Assembly (NCBI GenBank): GCA_050749685.1 | Contig: JBOGRS010000002.1 | Coordinates: forward strand, 3,881-67,880 | Length of the DNA: 64,000 bases | From: Thermoplasmata archaeon | GTDB lineage: Archaea; Thermoplasmatota; Thermoplasmata; Lutacidiplasmatales; UBA184 | Direction of reading: 5' to 3' | Shown here: piece by piece, positions 19,214 through 26,753 of the stretch | Layout: each line of letters begins with the position of its first letter | How positions within the stretch are numbered: position 1 is the first letter of the stretch | Translations under genes and position numbers: made by a program | The notes under the pieces: generated by a model | What the model saw: only the letters and a program-made list of their open reading frames with translations | Databases searched by the model: none | Told to the model about the DNA's origin: nothing

Positions 19214-19867
19214 ATGCCCGGCGCGCCCAACCGTCCTCCCGAGACCCCCGCACCCATCGCACCCCCTCCCCCCGAGGGGCTGGACGGGGCCGCCCGCAAG
19301 GCCCTGCGACGTCTCGTGCCCTCCCGCACGGCGCTCCTCCTCGACCTGTGGAAGTCGAGCGTCCCGGCCGACATCTATACGCCGTTCGCCCGCGCCGAAG
19401 CCGCGTTCCTCAGCAAGGAGTACGCCGCGGCGGAGAACCACCTCGACCAGCTCGCCGTACGCTTCGCCGAGCCGCGGTGGCCGACGCTCCCCGTGCCGTT
19501 CCGCGACCTTCGGGTTGCGATCGTCGCCCCCATGCCACCCCATTGGGACCCGGACCATGCGCTCGCGCCTCCCGAGAAGGAGGCGAAGCGACAACGCCAG
19601 TACGCCGACACCCAGCTCAAGCTCGCGACGGCGACACTCGAGTGGATGGGAGCGCACGCGATCGCCGTCGACGACCTCTCGGGTGCCCTCGCCGAGGCGT
19701 CCGCGACCCTCGGGCGCGACGGCGCGTCGGACGCGTTCTGGCTCACCCTGGACGGACTGTGGAGCTCGGCCTACGCCCGCCTGCCGGCCCCGACCGCGGC
19801 CGGGACCCGCCCGGTGGCGGTTCCGACGGCGCCGCAAGGGACGAGCGCCCCGTCCGACCCGGCGTGA
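19214..19867 (+). CDS. hypothetical protein
   Basis: ATG start, consistently GC-rich third codon positions, no recognisable domain. Confidence 0.45.
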   Translation: MPGAPNRPPETPAPIAPPPPEGLDGAARKALRRLVPSRTALLLDLWKSSVPADIYTPFARAEAAFLSKEYAAAENHLDQLAVRFAEPRWPTLPVPFRDLRVAIVAPMPPHWDPDHALAPPEKEAKRQRQYADTQLKLATATLEWMGAHAIAVDDLSGALAEASATLGRDGASDAFWLTLDGLWSSAYARLPAPTAAGTRPVAVPTAPQGTSAPSDPA

Positions 19868-19874
19868 GCGAAGC

Positions 19875-20396
19875 GTGCCGCGCGAGCGCCCGCGCCGACG
19901 TCCTGCCACCGCCGACGAGCTCGATGGGTTGCTCGAGGGCCTGCGCGCGCTCGCCGCCACCCGGCGTCGCGAGGGACGGGCGGACGCGTCGGCCGAGAAA
20001 CTTCTCGTGCGGGCGGCCGACGCCCTTCACCACCATCGCGATCCCGAGGCCGAGACCTTCCTCCTGACGGCCGAGCGGATCCTCAGGGAACAATCCCCCG
20101 AGGTCGAGCTCCTCGAATTCCCCCGCGGGCTCGTGGGCTATGTCCCTTCCGGTGAACGCGGCGCACCACCGCAACGGGACGAGGAGCAGCTCTCGAACCG
20201 TCTCCTTCTGGTCCAACGTCTGCTCGCGGTCCGCCGGGCGGAGGGCGCGTCCCTCGACGATCTGGTCGAGCGTCTCAACGAGGCCGAGGCCGCCTATCGA
20301 AAGGGCGACCGGTCCACGGCGCGTCGCCTGGTCGACGCGGTCCACGACCGGCTCGACATGGGGGATGCCCCCGGGCGCGGCGCGCGAGAGGCTTAA
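19875..20396 (+). CDS. hypothetical protein (helical, Glu/Arg-rich)
   Basis: GTG start right after the previous stop. GC-rich third codon positions. TAA stop, which is rare here and so more likely genuine. Confidence 0.4.
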   Translation: MPRERPRRRPATADELDGLLEGLRALAATRRREGRADASAEKLLVRAADALHHHRDPEAETFLLTAERILREQSPEVELLEFPRGLVGYVPSGERGAPPQRDEEQLSNRLLLVQRLLAVRRAEGASLDDLVERLNEAEAAYRKGDRSTARRLVDAVHDRLDMGDAPGRGAREA

Positions 20397-20425
20397 AGAG
20401 CCCGGGCGGGGTCGCCGAGGACGCC

Positions 20426-21427
20426 ATGGCCCCTCCGCCCCGGTTCGGGACGTTCTCGATCGTCGCTGCCGATCTCGATCGGGGGGAGTGGGGCGTCGCG
20501 GTGCAGTCGAAGTTCCTCGCCGTCGGCTCCGTCGTCCCGTGGGCCCGGGCGAAAGTCGGAGCCATCGCGACGCAGGCGTACGCGAACGTTCGCTTCGGGC
20601 CCGAGGGGCTCGAGTTGCTCGCGCAGGGCGTGAGCGCCCCCGAGGTCGTCCGCCGCCTCACCTCGGCCGATCCGCGAAGCGCCTTGCGGCAGATCGGCGT
20701 CGTGGACGCACGGGGCAACGCCGCGTCCTTCACCGGCCCCGAATGCTCCGAGTGGGCGGGGCACGTGACCGGATCCGGCTTCGCCTGCCAGGGGAACATC
20801 CTGTTCGGCCCGAGCGTCGTCGCGGCGATGGCCCGCGCGTACGAGACCACGCCCGGCGACCTCCCCGAGCGCCTCCTGGCCGCGCTCTCCGCGGGCCAGC
20901 GCGAGGGAGGCGACCGACGGGGCATGCAGTCGGCGGCGATGCTCATCGTGCGCGAGCGGGGCGGGTATGATGAAGGGAGCGACCGGTGGGTCGACGTCCG
21001 CGTCGACGACCATCCGTCGCCGATCGAGGAGCTACGGCGCGTCTTCCGCCTCTACGACCTCACGATGCTGAGCCGCGAGGATCCGGCGACGTTGGTGTCC
21101 GTCGGCCCCGAGGTGGCGCGGACCCTTCAACACGAGCTCGGTCTGCTCGGCTTCTACTCGGGTCGGGTCACCGGGGCGTGGGACGACGCGAGCCGGGCGG
21201 CGTTCGCGAAGTTCCTCAGCGAGAACAACTTCGAGAACAAGCAGCGCGAGGACGGCCGGATCTGGCCCTCGATCCTCGAGTTCCTCGGGGAACGCGCGCG
21301 CGCGGAGGCGTCGCGACGCACGCGTACGGCCCCGATCCGGCCGAACGCGCTCAGCCAGGGCCCCGGCGCGGCGCCAGGAGGAACGCCATCCCCGACTCCG
21401 GCGGCGACCGACGACCCGAAGGCGTAG
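20426..21427 (+). CDS. DUF1028 (Ntn-hydrolase-like) protein with a C-terminal PG_binding_1-like domain
   Basis: N-terminal FSIVAAD... is typical of DUF1028. The C-terminal LQHELGLLGFYSGRVTGAWDDASRAAFAKF matches the putative peptidoglycan-binding repeat pattern. Confidence 0.65.
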   Translation: MAPPPRFGTFSIVAADLDRGEWGVAVQSKFLAVGSVVPWARAKVGAIATQAYANVRFGPEGLELLAQGVSAPEVVRRLTSADPRSALRQIGVVDARGNAASFTGPECSEWAGHVTGSGFACQGNILFGPSVVAAMARAYETTPGDLPERLLAALSAGQREGGDRRGMQSAAMLIVRERGGYDEGSDRWVDVRVDDHPSPIEELRRVFRLYDLTMLSREDPATLVSVGPEVARTLQHELGLLGFYSGRVTGAWDDASRAAFAKFLSENNFENKQREDGRIWPSILEFLGERARAEASRRTRTAPIRPNALSQGPGAAPGGTPSPTPAATDDPKA

Positions 21428-21435
21428 TCGTCCGC

Positions 21436-21663
21436 ATGCGCCGCACGTACGGCTCGGCCGAGGTGGCCGAACGTCTCGCGCGCGCCCTCGCGCCGGACCA
21501 CGACGGGTTCGTGCGCTGCGCGCAGGACGGCGCGACGCTCGAGTTCCGGATCGAGGCGCCGACCCCGACCCGGGCCCGTGCGACGATCGAGGACCTGCTC
21601 GCGTGCCTCGGGTCGGCCGAACGGACCAGCGGGATCACCTCCGCGCGTCGCGAAGTTCCGTAA
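21436..21663 (+). CDS. pcc1: small protein resembling KEOPS subunit Pcc1
   Basis: 76 aa, MRRTYGSAEVAERLARALAPDHDGF...ATLEFRIEA...RARATIEDLLACL. The size and alternating pattern resemble Pcc1/CTAG. Identification is weak. Confidence 0.35.
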   Translation: MRRTYGSAEVAERLARALAPDHDGFVRCAQDGATLEFRIEAPTPTRARATIEDLLACLGSAERTSGITSARREVP

Positions 21664-23500
21664 GGTACGCCCCGAGCACGTCGGTGAGCGGAGGGAGGAC
21701 GTCCTCCCAGCGACCCACGATCCCGACGTCGACGCCGGCGAACACGGGGGCATCGGGGCGAGCATCGATCGCGAGCAGTGCCTTCGCTCGCCTCCACCCG
21801 ACGAGGTGATTCGGCGATCCGCTCACGCCCACGAGGACGGCGAGCTCGGGGGCAAGGCTCACCCCGGTGAGCCCCACCTGGCGACGACGGCTCACCCACC
21901 CGGCATCCACGACCTTTCGTGTCGCCGCGAGCGCCGCCCCCCACCGCGCGAGGACGGGGAGAAGCGCCGGTAGGCGATCCGGACCCCCGAGACCGGTCCC
22001 GACCGCGACGACGACCCGTGCCGTGGCGAGGTCGCCCCAGCCATCGTCCCCGTCCGGCAGGGTCTCGAGGATCTCGATGCTCTCCGCCGGGAAGGTCGGC
22101 TCGATCCGCGTCCACTCGACGGGCGCTTCCCGGGCGATCGGGGCCGACGGGAGGGTCGACGTGCGGAACGTCGCGAAGCTCGGACGTCGTCGGGAGGCGA
22201 TCCAGGCGATCACCCCGCCGCCGAACGACGGTTTCCCCCACAGGATGCGCCCGTCCTCCTCCGCACGCAGCGCGATCGCGTCGCCCGCGAGGCCGAGCGC
22301 CGCCCAGGCGGCGAGCTGACCGGCCACCTCGCGCCCGAACGGCGTCGCGCCCACGACGATCGCGGCGGCATGTTCGCGCGTCGCAAGGACCTCGGCGAGG
22401 GCGCGGGCGACGGTCTGCGAGCTGGGATGTCCGGGCGGGACCACCAGGTAGCCGCGCCATCCCCCCGACGCCGCGAGGTCGGCCGAATCGACGCGGTCGG
22501 GAGGCGGGCCGACCCAAACGGGGGACGGCCAGCACCGCGGCAGGCCACGTCGGACCTCCTCGAGGATGCCCCGTGCCTCGGGCGAGCCACGGCCCTCCGG
22601 CCCGGTGACGAGGACGAGGACTTCGTCCTCGTCCCGGAACGTGAGCGGAAGCGGGGGAAGTGGGAGGGGTGCGGCCGCGGGACGATCGAGCAGCGGTCGA
22701 AGTCGATCGACGGCGGCGCGAACGCGCTCGGGGATCGTTCCGTCGCCCAGCACGACGGGGCGTCGGTGGGGTTCGACGTTCACGAGCGCCTCGACGATCG
22801 TCGGCGACCCCTGGGCTCCGACCGCGGTGGGTTCGAGCCCGAGATCGGCGAGCGAGAGCCGTCCAACGCGCTCCTCCGGGATGGCGTCGACGATCTCGGG
22901 CGCGACCTTGTTCGGCCGTACGATCTTCTCGCCAACCGTCACGACGGCCGGAGGGAGGAATCGACAGCGCTGCGTGCCCCCGTCGGTCTCGCCGACCATC
23001 TCGAACGCATCCCCACCGGGGGCTCGGACGAGGCTGCGCGCGGCCGTGAGGACCGGTACCCCGAGGAGCGCGGCGACCTCGGGGGCGACCTGGCCGGTCT
23101 CGGAGTCGGTGCTCCAGCACCCGGCGAGGACCATGTCGTGCTTTCCCCGTCCGAGGGCGCGGACCAGGACCCGCGCGGTCACCAGCGTATCGGATTGGGC
23201 CAGCGCGGGATCGGTGATCAGGACGGCCTCGTCCACCCCCTGGGCGAGCGCCTCCCGGAGCGGCCGGACCGATCCGAGGGGCCCCATCGCGAGTGCGGTC
23301 ACGCGTTCGCCCGGGCGGCGCAGGTCGAGGGCCACCCGAAGCGCGCGCCGATCGAACGGGTTGATGACGAGGTCGACGCCGTCCCGCACCATCGCCCGCC
23401 GTGCCGCGTCGAACCGCACATGCGCGAGGTCGGGGACGGGCTTGACGAGGACCGCGAACTGCACCCGTCCCCTCGGGGGTCGACCACCCGACGAAATCAT
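21635..23500 (-). CDS. fused electron transfer flavoprotein beta-alpha (EtfB-EtfA / FixAB-like)
   Basis: N-terminal FAVLVKPVPD is the EtfB start. The C-terminal VGVSGSPNHLVG...DAPVFAGVDVGIVG is the EtfA FAD-binding region. Strong RBS GGAGGTtacttATG. Confidence 0.8.
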   Translation of the reverse strand: MISSGGRPPRGRVQFAVLVKPVPDLAHVRFDAARRAMVRDGVDLVINPFDRRALRVALDLRRPGERVTALAMGPLGSVRPLREALAQGVDEAVLITDPALAQSDTLVTARVLVRALGRGKHDMVLAGCWSTDSETGQVAPEVAALLGVPVLTAARSLVRAPGGDAFEMVGETDGGTQRCRFLPPAVVTVGEKIVRPNKVAPEIVDAIPEERVGRLSLADLGLEPTAVGAQGSPTIVEALVNVEPHRRPVVLGDGTIPERVRAAVDRLRPLLDRPAAAPLPLPPLPLTFRDEDEVLVLVTGPEGRGSPEARGILEEVRRGLPRCWPSPVWVGPPPDRVDSADLAASGGWRGYLVVPPGHPSSQTVARALAEVLATREHAAAIVVGATPFGREVAGQLAAWAALGLAGDAIALRAEEDGRILWGKPSFGGGVIAWIASRRRPSFATFRTSTLPSAPIAREAPVEWTRIEPTFPAESIEILETLPDGDDGWGDLATARVVVAVGTGLGGPDRLPALLPVLARWGAALAATRKVVDAGWVSRRRQVGLTGVSLAPELAVLVGVSGSPNHLVGWRRAKALLAIDARPDAPVFAGVDVGIVGRWEDVLPPLTDVLGAYLTELRDARR

Positions 23501-23527
23501 AAGTAACCTCCGTCCGTCGTCCCCCGG

Positions 23528-24502
23528 GTGGCGATCGCGTCCGCGTCGTGGCCGCCTCCTTCGGGCCCGCCCCGCGCACCGCCGCGGACCGGGCGATACG
23601 TGCTCGGCGTCGTCATCACGGTCGTCGCCATCCTCAGCCAGTACTTCCTGCCCGAACTCGTCCCGGCATTGCGCCCCCTCTACGGGAACCTCATCGGCGA
23701 CCTCGCGGTCGTCTACGGCGTCCCGTTGGTCGCGTTCGCGCTCCTGGTGGGACCGTCCCCGCTACGGGGGTGGGCCTCCCGGATGGGGACCGCGACGTGG
23801 GAAGGATTGCGGTGGTACGGCCTCGGGTCGGCCCTCGCGATCCTCGTGATCCTCACCCTCACGATCGTCTACCTCGCCCTCGACCCGGGAGCCCTCGATC
23901 TCCTCAACCGCCCGAACCCGGCGCTCCAGGCCGCGCGGTCCGACCCCTGGTTCTGGGTCGCGTTCTCGTTCGTCATCGGGGCGTTCGAGGAGGTGATCTT
24001 CCGCGGCTGGATCTTCGGCTATTGGGTCGGACGGCCCGGCGTCTCGTGGGTCGGGCCCGCGATCGGGTCGAGCGCGATCTTCGCCGGCGTCCACCTCTAC
24101 TACGGGTTCACGTACGCGGCGGCGGCGCCCCTCGTCTTCCCGGACCTCTTCTTTCTCGGCTTCGCCTTCGCGGCCGCCGTGAAGGCCTCGGGAGGGAATC
24201 TCGTGGTCGTCGCCATCCTCCACGGACTCAACGACGCCGGGGCGTTCCTCACCCTCGTGAACTCGCAGAACGCCCTGCTCCTCCACTACGGGGTGATCGG
24301 GATCGGACTCGTGTTCGCGCTCGTGAGCTACCTTCGGCGCTCCGCCGCATCACCCCGGGCACCCCCGCTGTACCCGCCGGGACCCGCCGGAACCGAGCCG
24401 TTCGATCCCTACGCCCTCCTTCGCGCTCCGCCTCCCCCCCCTCCGATCGGGGAGGCGAGCGGTGTCGCTCCACCCCCCCGACCTCCGCCCCCGGCGGGAT
24501 GA
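23528..24502 (+). CDS. CPBP family intramembrane metalloprotease (CAAX protease-like)
   Basis: EEVIFRGW motif and a second His-containing TM motif. Pro-rich C-terminal tail. Confidence 0.7.
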   Translation: MAIASASWPPPSGPPRAPPRTGRYVLGVVITVVAILSQYFLPELVPALRPLYGNLIGDLAVVYGVPLVAFALLVGPSPLRGWASRMGTATWEGLRWYGLGSALAILVILTLTIVYLALDPGALDLLNRPNPALQAARSDPWFWVAFSFVIGAFEEVIFRGWIFGYWVGRPGVSWVGPAIGSSAIFAGVHLYYGFTYAAAAPLVFPDLFFLGFAFAAAVKASGGNLVVVAILHGLNDAGAFLTLVNSQNALLLHYGVIGIGLVFALVSYLRRSAASPRAPPLYPPGPAGTEPFDPYALLRAPPPPPPIGEASGVAPPPRPPPPAG

Positions 24503-24526
24503 GGGCGGTGCGTGCCGTGCCCACGG

Positions 24527-25144
24527 TCACGGCTCGGAGGTCGTTCCGAGGACGGTCGACGGATCGGCCGGGGGCCGATAGGAGAGCCTCGTCCCGTCGA
24601 CCCGGGCCCACGGCGTCCGACGATGCGCCTGCGAGCGGGTCGGGGAGAGAAGGTGGATGACCTCGACTCCGCGGACGACGAGCGCATCCGCGATGAGGGA
24701 GCGATGACACCGCCACGGCACTGCCTCGGCACACATGATGGCGACCGTGCGATGCCGCGCCTCGCTCAGCAGGTGCGCGAGCCCTTGGGAGAATTCCTCC
24801 GTCGCCATGTAGTCGGCGAATCCGCGGAACGATGCGTTGCGCCACCCGCCGTTCGGCGAGTCGGGGCGCGGCCGACGTAGACCGCCGAGCTCGGGAAGGG
24901 GGAGGTAGCCGACCCCCCGCGCGGCGAGCGCGTCCGGCAACGTGTCGCGGTTGTACTGGGGATTGTGACGGGAGCGCGGAACGGTGCGAACGTCCACGAG
25001 CTCCGTGACGTACGCCGGGCGCACCACGTCGATGAGCTCGTCCAGGGTGCGCGTCGAATGTCCGACCGTGCGGATCGCGCCGGGCCCGTGGGGAGGCGCG
25101 ACCGCGGGACCGAGATCGTCCGCCGCGCGGTCGTCGCGTCCCAT
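24527..25144 (-). CDS. DUF488 family protein
   Basis: IRTVGHSTRTLDELIDV...LVDVRTVPRSR is characteristic of DUF488. Start placed at an internal ATG; the maximal ORF reaches 25186. Confidence 0.65.
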   Translation of the reverse strand: MGRDDRAADDLGPAVAPPHGPGAIRTVGHSTRTLDELIDVVRPAYVTELVDVRTVPRSRHNPQYNRDTLPDALAARGVGYLPLPELGGLRRPRPDSPNGGWRNASFRGFADYMATEEFSQGLAHLLSEARHRTVAIMCAEAVPWRCHRSLIADALVVRGVEVIHLLSPTRSQAHRRTPWARVDGTRLSYRPPADPSTVLGTTSEP

Positions 25145-25454
25145 GGGCTCGGCCACGCCGATGCCACGGCCGCACGTGAAGCCCACTCTCTACGACTCCG
25201 GAACGCGCCGTTCGAGGGATTCCCTCGACGCGCGAACGCGGGACGCGCCACCCCCCGATTCGGGACGGCCGGGGACCCGTCGCGTCGGTCGTCCGAGAGC
25301 CGGGCTCCCATCGCCCTCGCTCGCGTCGTGCGACGAAGGGTCGACACGGGGGCGAGGACGGAGGCGCGAAGATCGGGACGTTCCGAGCCGAGAGATCGAC
25401 CCCGAACGCCCCGGGCGCCGCAAAGGGTAAGCCGCGCCCCCCCTCGTCGGCGCG

Positions 25455-25889
25455 ATGGACCCCGACGAGGTTTCCCTCCGTCAGATGCTCGAGACGGCGC
25501 GGACGATCGCCGTGGTCGGCCTCTCGGACAAGCGGGAGCGGGACTCGAACGAGGTCGCGCGCTACCTTCAGTCCGTGGGCTACCGGGTGATCCCCGTCAA
25601 CCCATCGCTCACCGAGGTCCTCGGCGAGCGCGCCTACCCGTCGCTCTCGGCGATCCCATCGGAGATCAGGGTCGACCTCGTCGACATCTTTCGTCGAAGC
25701 GACCAGGTGCCCCCGATCGTCGAGGAGGCGGTCCGGCGCGGGGTCGGGGTGATCTGGATGCAGCTCGGGGTCGAGAGCGCCCGGGGGAGCGAGCTTGCCG
25801 AAGCTCATCATATCCAGGTCGTCGAGAACCAATGCATCATGGTCCAGCACCGGCGGCTCGGTGTGCCGCCCCGTCCCCCGCAGCATTAA
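25455..25889 (+). CDS. CoA-binding domain protein
   Basis: IAVVGLSDKRERDSNEVARYLQSVGYRVIPVNP matches the CoA_binding family. Confidence 0.8.
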   Translation: MDPDEVSLRQMLETARTIAVVGLSDKRERDSNEVARYLQSVGYRVIPVNPSLTEVLGERAYPSLSAIPSEIRVDLVDIFRRSDQVPPIVEEAVRRGVGVIWMQLGVESARGSELAEAHHIQVVENQCIMVQHRRLGVPPRPPQH

Positions 25890-25913
25890 GCCCCCCCGCG
25901 GGCTCCCTCGTCG

Positions 25914-26714
25914 ATGGCCACTCGCCCGGCGACGCTGCCTCCACCGACGCGTCCGTCGGCCTCGGCCCCGAATCCCGCCGCGCCGGCTACGAGGGTCCGC
26001 GTACCCGAGGTGAGGGACCTCGGCGCGTCCCGCCACGACGCGATCACCGCGCAGCGGTGGGTCGCCCAGGGAACGTCGAAGGTCCTCGGGGAGGTCGACG
26101 TGGAGGAGGCGACGCTCCACGGTGGGATCGCGATCCGGGGCACGCTGACCGCCGACCGCGTCCACCTGGACGGATACCTCGAGGTCGAGGGGCCCACCCG
26201 CGTCGCCCACCAGCTCGCGCTCGCCGGGGATGCGCGCTTCACCTCGGATGTCCGCGCCGGTGAGATGCGGGGCGAAGGCTCGATCGAGGTCGGCGGCCCG
26301 CTGGTCGTCGCGGGCACCCTCGCGTGGACCGGACACCTGGACGTACGGGGCGACGTGCGGGCGGCCGCGCTGCGGTTCGACGGACGGCTCACCGTCCAGG
26401 GGAACCTCTATGCCGACACCGTCGAAGGGACGCTGCGGGGCGCCTCCCGCGTGCAGAACATCCTCGCACCCTCCATCGCGATCGATCGGCACGCCCCGCT
26501 GTTCGGAGCGAAGGGATGTCTCGATGCCCTACGGATCGAGGGCCGCGAGGTCCGCCTCGCAGGCGTCGTGGCCCAGTACCTTCGCGCCGACCGCGCCAGC
26601 CTGGGACCGGACTGCCACATCGCCCGTCTCGACGGAACGATCGTCCGTCGCCACGCGTCGGCCCGCGTGGGACCGGAGTCGACCTCCCCCCGCCCGTACG
26701 GGCTCCGCCGTTAG
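25914..26714 (+). CDS. bactofilin-like polymer-forming cytoskeletal protein
   Basis: A Gly/Val-rich beta-helical repeat follows the Pro/Ala-rich N-terminus (GxLxVxGxV repeats, for example HGGIAIRGTLTADRVHLDGYLEVEG). Confidence 0.55.
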   Translation: MATRPATLPPPTRPSASAPNPAAPATRVRVPEVRDLGASRHDAITAQRWVAQGTSKVLGEVDVEEATLHGGIAIRGTLTADRVHLDGYLEVEGPTRVAHQLALAGDARFTSDVRAGEMRGEGSIEVGGPLVVAGTLAWTGHLDVRGDVRAAALRFDGRLTVQGNLYADTVEGTLRGASRVQNILAPSIAIDRHAPLFGAKGCLDALRIEGREVRLAGVVAQYLRADRASLGPDCHIARLDGTIVRRHASARVGPESTSPRPYGLRR

Positions 26715-26753
26715 ACTCTCGCCCCGCGCCGGTGCCCTTTATCTTTCCGCGCC

